A stretch of 62,163 nucleotides of DNA, filler included, from Basidiobolus ranarum (taxonomy: Eukaryota), in NCBI GenBank assembly GCA_040143965.1. It is 14 parts of 14 records of this genome, joined end to end, with 100 filler letters (N's around TTAATTAATTAA, not from the genome) between each part and the next. Parts side by side here need not be neighbours in the genome. Positions count along the whole stretch, not along the records: positions 26,731 to 31,078 come from JASJQH010001996.1; positions 31,179 to 35,525 come from JASJQH010001997.1; positions 35,626 to 39,969 come from JASJQH010001998.1; positions 40,070 to 44,410 come from JASJQH010001999.1; 10 more parts are not named here. The stretch is one strand, 5' to 3'. Made by a program: the position numbers and the translations under genes. The notes under the pieces were generated by a model. That model ran no database searches, was not told the origin of the DNA, and worked only from the letters and a program-made list of their open reading frames with translations. Position 1 is the stretch's first letter; every line of letters begins with the position of its first letter. Below, piece after piece: positions 28,691-41,316 of this stretch.

Positions 28691-29605
28691 TTACACTTAA
28701 CTGCTATGATTTGATCAGATTCATAATTTTGAAGATTTTGGCACATAACTCCCACAGAATATGGAATATCTGGCCATGTTCCAGCCATAATATATATCAA
28801 ATCACCAACCATAGACTGATAAGGAAATTTCAGGCTTTCATTTCAATCCAAGTATATCAAATTTGGGCTATTTTTGATCAAGTTGAGATCTGTCTCCATT
28901 GGGATACATACTGGATTATATTGTTCCATTTCAAGCCTTTTAGAATATCTAGGATATACATAGACTGGTTGAAAGTTACTGTTTTGGTAGTTCTATTGAT
29001 CTTAGGTTGGATTCCAAGATACTATGTCAGTTCACCAAAATCAGTCATTTTGAATTTGGCGGATAAGTTAGATTTGGTTTTCACCAAAGTCTTCAAGCCA
29101 TTAATTGCTATAATATGTTCATCTACGCACATGACTAATAAAGCTGGGTCTGTCTTACCTAGCCTGAAGTAGATACTATAGTCAGCATTACTCCTTTGAA
29201 ATCAAGTGTTTCCAAAAACATGTCTATCATGCTGTTACATGCTCTTGGAGATCACTTTAAGCCACAGAGTATTTTGTGGAGTGTGCAAACTTTCTCAAGA
29301 CTTTCTGGGCCTGTAAATCCATCTGGCCAATCCATATAGAGCTCCTCAGCAAGCTCATCATTCAAAAAAGCAGCTCTAACATCCATCTGATATAAAACAA
29401 ACTGGCATTTGCTTAAATTGGTAAAACCAATCTAATTGAAATAACCTTTGCTACTGAAGCAAAGGTTTCTGCATAATCTATTTTCCATATTTGGGAAGAG
29501 CCTTTGGCTACTAGTCTAGCTTTGTATCATTCTATATTGCCATCAGAGTCTTATTCAATTTTAAAAACTCATTGGCAATATATTGATCTTAAATCATTAG
29601 GTAAG
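28691..29605 (-). mobile_element. Decayed Ty1/copia reverse transcriptase
   Basis: YKARLVAKG, QMDVRAAFLNDELAEELYMDWPDGF and LLVMCVDEHIIA motifs, with stops. Confidence 0.85.
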
Positions 29606-29880
29606 AGTTGAAGTTAGCATTGCCTAAACACTAATATATTCATACATTGTGTAGTACTTAGTTATCCTATTATTCACTATGATATTATCAATTATTCTCA
29701 ATTGGAATTTACTTAGAATATTTTTACCAAGTTTTAAGTTCTCAGATATATAGATTTTTTCAAACTTGCGCAAGAAGCCCCAAAATTTTCACACATGTTC
29801 CTGGGCCCTTCCTTAACACATTCTACATGCTAGTCTATTTACATCTTGACAAAACCATAAATGTCATCTTTCTACTCATT

Positions 29881-30062
29881 GGACTTGTTCCATTGTGCCA
29901 GGATTTATCGGACCTTGGATCAATATATTAAAGTAAATGTGATTGAAATTGATCATGCCAGAGGGTGATGGATAGTGCCAAATTGTGCCGCATAAATTTT
30001 AGAATACTTTATCCAATATGATATATACAGCACAATCTGGCACTATCACAGAGAACAAGTCC
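29881..30062. mobile_element. 182-bp MITE (PIF/Harbinger-like by its ends) inserted in an LTR
   Basis: TIRs GGACTTGTTC...GAACAAGTCC flanked by ATT and AAT. It splits the LTR sequence CTACTCAATAAATC seen intact in other copies. Confidence 0.75.
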
Positions 30063-30139
30063 AATAAATCAACAAGTGAAAACCACCAATTCCTCTAATT
30101 CTCCAAACCACCTCCAACAGGCTCCCAAATACTTTAACA

Positions 30140-30151
30140 GGTTATGAGCCC
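30140..30151 (+). promoter_or_regulatory. Primer-binding site complementary to the anticodon arm of initiator tRNA-Met (half-tRNA priming)
   Basis: GGTTATGAGCCC lies directly 3' of the LTR and is the complement of GGGCUCAUAACC in fungal tRNA-iMet. Confidence 0.78.
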
Positions 30152-30423
30152 CAAGCTTGCACTCTCTGTGATGTCTACTTCTCAAATCTATGGAACTTTT
30201 CCCTCTTCTGAAAAATTGGATGGAACCATTTATCAAGTTAGGAAAATTAAAATGAAAATGCTGCTGCAAGAAAAAGGACCTTGGGACACTGTTGTAGAAG
30301 AAGAAAACAATGCAAAACTACCTGAAGCCAAAGCTTTATTCCAGGTTTAAAAAGAACAAAGTGCCTTCAACACAATTTGTCTTAATGTTATAGACAAATT
30401 GCTAATTCAATGTTCAAGAGCCA

Positions 30424-31078
30424 TGTTGGATAAATAATCCTTATTCAACATCATAGTTAACTTTGGTTATGATACATATATCAGAGACAGAAAGCAATGT
30501 ATTGGTAGCCCCTATATTCTAATCAGGAATATCTCTATATCTATATAACAAGTATGTCTTATTACCCCCACTTATCTATTATATCTTATTGCACAAACTC
30601 CTGAATATCTCCAACAATTGATTTACTTTTCCACTATATAAGTCATCTTATACTCTCAAGAATAAAGCAACTAAACACACTATCATAAGTTGCTTCTAAT
30701 ACCCAAAGTCTACCCCCGTTATGCCAAGATCCTCCAACATGGTAGCAGCAAGTGAATTACAGTCTTCTTCCCAAAAGGAGATTACTAATACTCCAACATT
30801 CAATGGGGAAGATTTCCATGACAGGCAATTCAACATGCAACTTGTGCTTGAAGGGAAACATGTCTGGGAAGTAGTTCAACCAGATAAAGAAGAAGAAACT
30901 TCTGAAGAGGAAAGTACAGGTTCTGACACTGAAACAAAGATGCCCACACATAAAGAAGCCAACCTTTAAAGAAAAAGACAGATTAGCATTTAGGGAAATA
31001 TGTCTAAGACTGGGATCACAACTACTTATGCTAGTCAGAGATGCTGACTCTGCCAAGAATGCATGGGAAATCCTAGTG
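30424..31078 (+). mobile_element. Second copia element 5' end: LTR-like TG..CA segment (30424-30616) and gag fragment
   Basis: TGTTGGA...TCCAACA, then PTFNGEDFHDRQFNMQLVLEGKHVWEVV and, after a frameshift, LMLVRDADSAKNAWEIL. Confidence 0.7.
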
Positions 31079-31178
31079 NNNNNNNNNNNNNNNNNNNNNN
31101 NNNNNNNNNNNNNNNNNNNNNNTTAATTAATTAANNNNNNNNNNNNNNNNNNNNNNNNNNNNNNNNNNNNNNNNNNNN
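31079..31178. other. Artificial contig linker
   Basis: N44-TTAATTAATTAA-N44. Confidence 0.98.
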
Positions 31179-33626
31179 TTACTTAGGTAGTGGCTTAGCT
31201 CAGCTGGATTTGCCGGATTCATTTGCGACAAGGTACAAGATTGGTAGCTTAGGCACAAGAATGAATGCTAACATGAGAGTGTGATGGGTATGTAATTAAT
31301 GATCATAAATGATGACGTTCTGTCTATATGCATATGATTAACAAACAAAAGTGCCCACTGCTCTATAATCTTTAGAGGTGGTTCCATAAAGAAAAGGAAG
31401 AGAAAAACGAACTGATGCCATTTCTTTTATTATAACTTTTTCTTAAAGACAGCACTGATATATTGTCTTTTAGTAGATTATTTTTGTTTAATGATACCAA
31501 CAATAATGTCTGAAAAAGAACCGGGTTTTGTCTCAAAAATAAGAGCAAATCATCTCATTTTTTGTGTTGTACACGTCCCAGAAGAAAAGGTGAATCGTCT
31601 AATTTTAATTTTCAGATCATCTCAAATTGGATTTCCAATCGTCTCATTTTAGAGTAAAACACTGTATAAATTGGAAATCCGTAGTGCCGTAGTCATACTG
31701 CTGTTGTACGTGACATCAAGCAATACTAAAGTTGGAAGTCAGGTTTTTGCAACCCAAAGTGTATGGCATTCCTTGTTCTTAGAATCCAGTTTGCGACTGT
31801 TTGCGGGGAGAGACTGCTGAAACCGCGGTCGGGATGTTTTCATTTAAATCTCTGAATCCCACAAATCGACTCGGATTGGAAACCACCCGTTGAAAGTATG
31901 GTTGATAGGGTGACTGGGGGAGGTAGTCATCATAAGAATGGAAAGTTTGAGATATAGTTAGGCGCGTTTTCTGTCTGCATGAGATTGCCCCTTAAATTGG
32001 TATTGGTATTGTAAATCTAGATCCGAGCTTGTTGTCAACTAGTTGGTGCTTAAGGCCTTCAACCCCGTTACAGCAGAAAGCGGATACATGAACGATTGTG
32101 AGCTGGATGGTAAGCACCATCACTGAAGGCAGCAGCCAATGGTCACTGTCCATTAAGGGCGTTAATTATGAGGGTGAGCCAGAAATGACAGTGTCTTACT
32201 GCAAGGCATAGCGATGGAGATGTCTTGCCAGTCACCTCTGAACATGAGAGGGACATCAATCTAATTACTACTTTCAGGGAGAGTGTATCAGAGACCAGTT
32301 GAAGAGGTCAACTATATTGGCCCTGTATTTGATGCTTTTAGATTATGCGTCACCCAAGATTAGGTCATCCTGAAAAACTGTTTCACCCAATCCCGCCTAT
32401 ATCCATAGAAAATCCAGCAAACTTGAATAAACTCGCCTAATCATGAGCATCTTGCATCACGAGGACTAGGATATTCACATGTTAACTACAAATCAGCATT
32501 TAAACAAGGAGTTGTCTCACTATCTGCAGAAACCACATGAATATCTGAAGATGGTGGGATTCGAAGTGACTATTGCACATTTCAGCATCTTGTTCTTGGG
32601 TTACTCGCTATGTCAACTGATAAGATCCAGCAGAGTAGAAATACTCCGCGGTGCACCAACCTACTCTCCAAAGTCTCGAGCCTTCGATATGGCTGGTATG
32701 AGCACACTTGCCAGTGGAGGAACTTGATCTCTGTCAAGTGGAAGGCACCTCGAATCTTTCAGAGCAAACATGGTGGCATATGTCTGCTAGTGAAATTGTT
32801 ATGGGAATATAGAAAACTGACTGTAATTGTGCCCCATTAAGCATTTCATAACTGCTTAGCTAGACTCTGGATATGATTTATGAGTGCGATGAGCTTATAT
32901 CATGGCTTTCAAATGCATCTCAAGTCTTTGGATAACGATTAAGTGCACAACTCGCTTTATTTGAGCTTGGGTCTCTCTTGATAGAAATGAGTACTTCGAA
33001 CATAGAACAAAATCCATGAAGTCTGGCTATTCAAATATGAGCTTATTTTGGAGGAATGAGAAGACTAGGAGTAACGGCTAGTATTTACTGCTATCGGGAT
33101 AGGTAATGGACTGCATCAGCACTCCAGGAACTCGTCTCAGCATGCACCAACTCTATCTCGCAATTATTGAGCCCTCGTGGAATAAGCTCTGGCTACATCT
33201 ATTTCCCAGAGGCCAGTAGAATCAACCTCCTTGGTTCAAAATGGTAAATCTGCACAGACATGACCAATCTATGCATTTCAGCTATTGGAAACCAATTTCA
33301 CCAATCTCACTTGTTAGTTGATAATTAGTATTCTGTTTAGTCCAAATAGTCATGATTGGACTGCAATTATACTTCGCTACATCAGCACACTTTGGATGTT
33401 GTGCAATAATAATCAAATTTCCATTTGTGGAGCGGCACTCTAATCCATACAAACTCGTCCTGAGTCATTTGTCTCACTATAAACCCCAACCATTTTATCT
33501 CTTCTTTTCTTTGCTTTCTGCAAGAACAATATTCTCGGCAAATTGGATAGCCTGTCTCTTTATTTGGATACCCATATTCCTTCTTTCTTGCTATTCAAGT
33601 TCCCTCAATTCTTTAGGATTTTATAA

Positions 33627-34581
<955 letters not shown>

Positions 34582-35144
34582 TATTTTACAATCCCTTAAG
34601 TTAATTTGTTTATTACAGCTGACAGTTAGGGCTATAATACGCTTCTCTTTAATGTTTATTATACACCTTTAACATAATAAAAGCTTACCACTTGCCAATA
34701 TATGGTTGGCTCCCATCACACGGCTACGCCAAATCACTACAAACTAACAATGGGCTCATAATAGTAAAAGTCAGATAAGCTAATATTGATGGACTTGCTA
34801 TTTTGTAAGTGAGCAATGTCCAGTACTATATTTCACATGACATGTATAATGTTAAGGACTGCTCAGCCTTCCAAATATAACTGGAGATTGATTCAACATT
34901 GAAAACTACATCAACACGTAATTGGCCCAACGTGCAATGTGAGTGGTTTGATTCGATACAACAGCGTTTATACAAATGTTTACTTAAAATATTACTACGG
35001 ATCATCCGCTTCTAATCTGGAGGTTTCAAGGTGTTGTAGAGTTCACTCCAAGAAAATTCCTTTGAATAGAGTGGTTCAAGTCTTCAAGATTCTTTGAAAC
35101 CAATCTATTGCATCTTTTTTCAAGACCTTCTTTGGCTATACAGT

Positions 35145-35525
35145 ATGATCCAAGAAAATGGAAAAACCAGCACCCACAACTCTAAATGGAATCCAGTACT
35201 ACAACCCGCTGGGAATGGATTCTACTCACAAAACTTGAATGGCACTACACCCACCACAAATGGCCATACCTATAGTCCAGAACAAGGGGACGTTCAAAGA
35301 ACTGAGCATAGTAATCAACGTGGTTACCCCGCTCAACACAATGCTATCTGCTCACATCTTTATAAAATTGGGTTTCTTTCCGGAGCTTTTTCTGACGTTA
35401 TTCTACATGTGCCAAAATTTCCTGCGAATAACGTTTACAAATTGCATTCACTTAGTCTATCCCGCGCACCTTTCTTTCATCAGTTATTAACAATTGCTCC
35501 GCATCCTCATCCGCTTTCACTGGAC
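35145..35525 (+). CDS. BTB/POZ-domain protein, N-terminal part (truncated)
   Basis: HLYKIGFLSGAFSDVILHV...YKLHSLSLSRAPFF resembles the start of a BTB domain. Open to the contig end. Confidence 0.65.
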
Positions 35526-35625
35526 NNNNNNNNNNNNNNNNNNNNNNNNNNNNNNNNNNNNNNNNNNNNTTAATTAATTAANNNNNNNNNNNNNNNNNNN
35601 NNNNNNNNNNNNNNNNNNNNNNNNN
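35526..35625. other. Artificial contig linker
   Basis: N44-TTAATTAATTAA-N44. Confidence 0.98.
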
Positions 35626-35866
35626 GTATGATATTCAGTATCTAGATGCACCTAATTTAGAAATGCTCTCACTCGTTGAAGAATATGGGATTAATTTAGA
35701 GCCACAACTATCCGTCATTTAGATGTCCAATCAAATACTCAGTCTCGGTAAAATCTCTCAGTATAAAAGCAGTATCGGACTCGTTTGTGCGCCATTGAAG
35801 ATCATAGTATGCCCTACCTCGTGTAGTTAATTGCCGTGGTTAATAATGTTACTTCTATCTCTATTC

Positions 35867-37404
35867 ATGTCAGATAGTCCCACCTTTGACCTCAAAGAAG
35901 CCGATATCCCCGATGAAATATGGTTAGCCATCCTCACATTCCTCACCAGTCACCCGAGGTACCTCAATAAGGTACGTCTCATCAGTCGAAGATTCAAAAG
36001 GTATGTTGTTCTACTACAGACTTCTCAAAGGACCAGTGACTTATTGCCCGTTTACCAATATTTCTTAGGTACTGCGAAGAGGATCATCTATGGTTTCTAA
36101 CTTACAAGGCTACGTCACCCAATCTCTCACACGGTATCGCTTACCAATCATTTACCGATGGCGGTTTAACCTGGAAGGAAATGTTTCAAGATCATTGGCG
36201 ATCGTTACAGTCGTGGTCAGAGTACACCCCCAAATCACTCTTATACCAGCTTCCCTTTTGCTCCAGTAAGTTCGGTCCGCAATGGAGACATTTGGTGCAG
36301 AGTGACCCAGGGAAAGAATTTCACTACGTGTCTAGACGTCTCGTCGAAGATTATAAATGCAACTTGGTGGGATACGGTGGATGTGTTCAAAAAAAGCAAT
36401 ACAACGTTCTTATTTGGTCCCAGAATGATTGGAAACCAATAGGTAACTACAAGATCGCCATAGAAGGTGAGGAACATGTAGAACTTATTTCCGTGAATTC
36501 TGAGCGAGGGATTTTCGTAGTTGCGTATAATAACGATCAACAAGAGAATGAATGGGGTAAAATCCAACTTTACCACATGGACAATATCCATGAAGCCACT
36601 CTGCTCGCCGAGTTCCGTACACAAATGCAAGCGCACTTTCAGTATGGAAGTTTTGATGTGCCATATTGTGATGAGTTGGGTAACCAGTGCGAATCCGATC
36701 CAAACGCGTTCACCTTATTTGGAATCGAACCAGATAAAGAATATTCCATGTTCTGTCTAAGGTTCAACTATTTAACCGGTGAACTGATGACAAAGAAGTA
36801 TTACAAAAGTAATATTCAAGTGGTGAATTACCATCCCGCGAAAGCAGACCATCTTCTATTTGGAACCACGAATAGTGGATGTGTTCATGTTTGGGATTTA
36901 CGAAACGATCGTACTTGGCAAGTAACCACTAATGGCGCCGTAAATCCATGGGGAACTGAGCCCACTATCTTATTCAATCACGCAATCGACAAACAAGCTA
37001 TCAAAATGATAACAGTTGGTGATAACGAAATAGACAGCAATCATCTCGTTCTTTGGGAACTTCAAGATGATCCATCTTCACAACAAGCTCAATTGATATA
37101 CCAGATCGAAGTTCAATCTAGAGATGGTGTCTTTGGTTCTTATTGTGTGCATGGCTCATGCTTGTTGGGTTTGACTTATGATGGCACAATCATGGTGTAT
37201 CAACTAGAGAATCTTCGTAAACTGGCTTCAATCCCGATACCAAGTAAATACGATTTTTGTAAGCAATCCAGTCCAGAGAAGCTGTATGACATCTCTGTAA
37301 ATGATGCCAACCAGATTGTTGTCTGCACTTCAAGGGGATTGTTTATGCTACCACTTCCCACCTCAGATTCACTCAATACAACCATGTTTATGGTTGGTTC
37401 ATGA
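35867..37404 (+). CDS. F-box protein with a WD40-like beta-propeller region, 2 exons (35867-36000, 36069-37404)
   Basis: F-box IPDEIWLAILTFL...VRLISRRFKR-YCEEDHLW across a GTATGT..TTAG intron; GCVHVWDL and LVLWEL WD-like motifs. Confidence 0.8.
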
Positions 37405-37744
37405 CTTTTAGATTGTAAATATTTCAATGTACAGAAAGTTTAGGACGAATCCAATCGTAATGTCCTATAATCAATATATTCACTTCCCTCATATAATCAC
37501 TTAGCCAACAGGCAGATTCACTTCACACCTATAATAATCCACTGATCAATCATTTTACTCTTTGCGATAGGCTTGCTACTAGCCAAACCTATTTATTTTA
37601 GTCGCGGATGATTATTAGTTTAACGGCGCCAACGGGTGATGTCAATATAATTTAATGATATATTTCTAAGTGGCTTCTAGGTGTAACAGCTTCTAAAATA
37701 TGGATGCATTCTACCGAGGCCAGTGGCCTAAAAAGGTTACCAAA

Positions 37745-39124
37745 CTAAGTCAAATATTCAAAACAAAGCTCCGATGTTTCTGGAGTTAGTAGTTCGCCAG
37801 AGCTGATTTTCAAGGTTCCATTGGTATGGATTGAGTTCTTGGGTAGATACCAACTGTATTGTCGCAGCAATATCGACAAAGAGACCTATTAATGTGAAAT
37901 TTATACCAATACATTGTCTAGAATCAGTACCAAAAGCTAACCAACTAGACGACGCTAATTTATCTTCATCTAAAAACCTTTCTGGTTTAAATACTTCTGG
38001 GTCACTCCAATAGCTTTTGGATCTTTGCATGGAGTAAACATGTGATGCGAATTTCGTTCCAGTTGGGAACAATTTGCCTCGAATCCCAACAGGCTTCGTG
38101 CTTTCACGTGTAGCTAGGCTAACCGCCGGTGGAACTAACCTCATCGCTTCTTTGATTATGTAATGTGAGTAGATAAGCTTATCTGATCGTTCGTTGAATG
38201 TACCGTAGTCGAGTTTCTCTTGGCACTCGCGTTTCTCATTCTCGAGAATTAAATACAAAAGAGTGTTGAATTCTTCCATGTGTGCCATTAGTCTTTTGAT
38301 TTTGGGTAAAGGAAGTTTGGTTAAAATAGGACAAAATAGAACAGTAGGGTCAAATATTCCTTTCATCAATTCGTTGTATAATTTAAGCCTTTGGTTGTCA
38401 GGATTTTGCAACGCCTTAAAGTCGTACCCAAATAGTCCTTGGCTCAACACATCCAAAATCATTCTTTGCATTCGATTATGAGCATCCTGCGTCTGATTGA
38501 TATTTTTATCGATAGCAACGAACAAGTTATACACACTTTCAGCAAAGAGTTTTGTTGGCCAAGGTCGACGGAAAGCAGGTTTGGTCACTTTACGATGGTT
38601 TCTCCTTTCTTCACAGTTACAACTCACCACATTTACACCAAAGAATTTCAACAAAATTGGATTCTTATTCTTGCCAAATAATTGAATTTTCGGGAAGTCC
38701 TCTTGAAGACTGAAGAATCGATGAATTTATGAAAATATTAATCCCAACTATGCTCGTATGCTTACCAGTTTGCGAGCAAATTTTCTTACTGTCTTCTGGA
38801 TCTAACAGAAATACTACCCACATTGCTCCAAAATAAACCTGCTCAAGTAATTATCATCGATATTTTACACAACGAGTTAGCTAGTTAAAATAGCGCACTT
38901 ACCTTTGCTATTTTGTGCTCTTCCTATATCGGTTGTAAATTATTCCGTAATGTACGAGAAAATCCTTCTTTGGAGAATAGCCCTTTGAGTACAGTCATAA
39001 CTGATAGACCAGGAACATCATTCAAATATGACGGTGGCTGGACCCACTTATAGATAAGATGAATGGGAACGAGAGCTACGACAATGGTTGTCAACGGCCC
39101 TGGATATATCAATGGGATTACCAT
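37745..39124 (-). pseudogene. Cytochrome P450 pseudogene
   Basis: N-terminal anchor, EAMR (ExxR), PERF and FGTDSRQCIG are present. There is an in-frame TAG at 38924, the I-helix region is deleted, and a frameshift follows the heme Cys (EQR motif lost relative to the paralog at 39779). Confidence 0.8.
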
Positions 39125-39403
39125 CAAATATGATACAACTACAGCAAATAGTAAGAAGTTTGATGCTAGTGATATTGAGGAGGTTGGCAAATTGAAGGTT
39201 AAAATTCAACCTTGCCTCTATTTATAGGCCGCCAGTAGCAGAACTCATTAAAGTAAGGTTAAGCAATGTCATGATCATGATACAGAGCCATATTGATAGT
39301 GATTGCCTGAGGATTTACTAAGATTTGAAACCAAATTGTGTTTATGTGATGGCTTACAGTTCTGTTCGCAGCAATATTATATTAAGAAGCCAGATATCAC
39401 AGT

Positions 39404-39640
39404 GATAACGTTCAAAATCAACCCCGAAACAACGCCCTAACTGCGGATTGCGGAGCAGAAGGAGTTGAATAACATACAGTGTAGTATATCTTTTCTATTT
39501 TTATATATAAGTTCTTCATGATAACGCTCGGAATGGAACAATACCCTAAATACCGATTACGGAGCAGGAGTTTACAGTGTTACATATCTTCTCATTTATT
39601 AGAAGTTATATATAATTCTTTATGATAATGTTCGGAATGG
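39404..39640. repeat. Degenerate tandem duplication (about 105 bp) upstream of the CYP pseudogene
   Basis: GCGGAGCAG..ACAGTGT..TATCTT..ATATATAA..ATGATAACGCTCGGAATGG occurs twice with variation. Confidence 0.5.
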
Positions 39641-39778
39641 CAAAAGCGTAAGTGAAAGCAATTCTTATTATATGCGCATATAAGGCCCAATGTTGGACAT
39701 ACCAAGTATATGAGTGAAATAGTTATTACACGTGTGATAATTTGGTGTCGAAACTAGGGGCTACAAAAAGTTATCAAA

Positions 39779-39950
39779 CTAAGCCAAATGTTCAAAACGA
39801 AGCTCTGATGTTTCTGGAGCTAATAGCCCGCCAGAGCTGATTTTCAAGGTTCCATTGGTATGGATTGAATCCTTGGGTAGATACCAACTGTATCGTCGCA
39901 GCAACATTGACAAAGAAACTCGTTGCTCCATCAATGAGAAGTTCATACAT
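39779..39950 (-). pseudogene. 3' fragment of a tandem paralogous cytochrome P450
   Basis: MNFSLMEQRVSLSMLLRRYSWYLPKDSIHTNGTLKISSGGLLAPETSELRFEHLA*; highly similar DNA to 37745-37890. Confidence 0.7.
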
Positions 39951-39969
39951 AGATTCAGAAGTGTGATTT

Positions 39970-40069
39970 NNNNNNNNNNNNNNNNNNNNNNNNNNNNNNN
40001 NNNNNNNNNNNNNTTAATTAATTAANNNNNNNNNNNNNNNNNNNNNNNNNNNNNNNNNNNNNNNNNNNN
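39970..40069. other. Artificial contig linker
   Basis: N44-TTAATTAATTAA-N44. Confidence 0.98.
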
Positions 40070-40977
40070 ATTGGTAGGCCAAAAGGAAGATGGAATTCCG
40101 GATAGTTGCCATTTGAAATGCATTTGACTTGGTGTGTATGGAGTAGGCTAAATGACCCGTTTTCATTTTGGACCAAATACGGATACCTCACATGATACCG
40201 TCAAGTTTGACAGTGATTCAATCATGTGATATTTGCGGTGTTAATGGTGAGGAACAATTGTCCTTGCGGCGAGGACCGAACTATTGGGTTCCTTGGTAGA
40301 ATCATAATCCCTATGAAACAGACCCAACCTCGTCTGCACACTCGTGATGACGAAAGTTCTCATCTGGCCCTAACTTTTGTGGGACCGTGGAAAAATTTCT
40401 TGAATATTCCCAAATAAGAACTTACGATTTTGACATAACTGCATCTATATTAGGCATGAGTAGCATTATCATTACGTCCATGAGAATGGAATTAACAATT
40501 ATCCTGGAACCTATTCCCGGCAACTTAGTCAAACAAAGAAGATCAGTGATCGCTTCATGAATCCATGAAGATGTAATGATTAGATATAGTCAAAGTGAAG
40601 ATTACCACTCATACGTTCGATTAATCTACATCTTTATATGTTTATTTAAATTTGGCTAATCTATGTTGCCAGGATTGCGTTATTTCGGATTAATATCACT
40701 GAGTCAGAATGTATACATTTTTCAATCTCATAGTGTCAACAAATCAAGATATATACGCATTTGGCAATTGCGTGCAACATTGTTCCTGAAAATGTTCCAT
40801 TAACTTGTATCCTGAATATTGTACCAACATTGTATTTATTGCGCTCTATATGTTACATGTGGTTTTAGAATCAACGAAAATACATGTAGTTTGAGTTTGG
40901 GCTGTCATGGCTACCTGTTTCCTAATATAATTCCTATTTGATACATGATGTTTTGAGAAATCAATTTTGTAACGATA

Positions 40978-41047
40978 ACGCGTTAGCTGAATGGTCAGCG
41001 CCATGTTGGGTCAGCAAAAGACGAGGGTTCGAATCCCGATGCGCGTA
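40978..41047 (+). other. tRNA-like sequence (pseudo-tRNA or SINE head) with Pol III A and B boxes
   Basis: TAGCTGAATGGTCAGC (D-arm GCTG/CAGC), GGGTTCGAATCCC (T-loop), ACGCGT/GCGCGT terminal pairing. The anticodon arm does not pair canonically. Confidence 0.45.
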
Positions 41048-41316
41048 ATTCATATGGCCGATGACGAAAACCAATGGATGTGTCTTGCAGAAATCAAATA
41101 ATGTTGATTTAACCATTGTCTGCCTTCCTACTGAGGTTCCATATTTTACATCATTTTTGTTCAGTTTCTTACTCTATGTCATATCCATGATACCAAAGTA
41201 CTGTGTAAATAGGTCATCGGACTTTAATATTCATTCTTCAATTGAATCATTTCGTATTCTCGAACAAAACCGGATTAGAAGAAAACGAGTGAATAAAGTC
41301 CGAAATGCAAAAATAT

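Larger units (their letters stand above)
29606..30420 (+). mobile_element. 5' end of a Ty1/copia element: LTR A (29606-30139, interrupted by a MITE), PBS and gag start
   Basis: The LTR ends TTTAACA at 30139 and is followed immediately by GGTTATGAGCCC. Gag-like KLDGTIYQVRKIKMKMLLQEKGPWDTV follows. Confidence 0.82.

Noticed and set aside
31700-33300. Coding-like decayed minus-strand sequence (similar tracts at 15900-16550, 27000-27850, 58200-59760, 61400-62163)
   Set aside because: No recognisable motifs or consistent exon chain.
35626-35722. Short open frame at the contig start (YDIQYLDAP...LSVI*)
   Set aside because: May be the end of an upstream gene but is too short to support.
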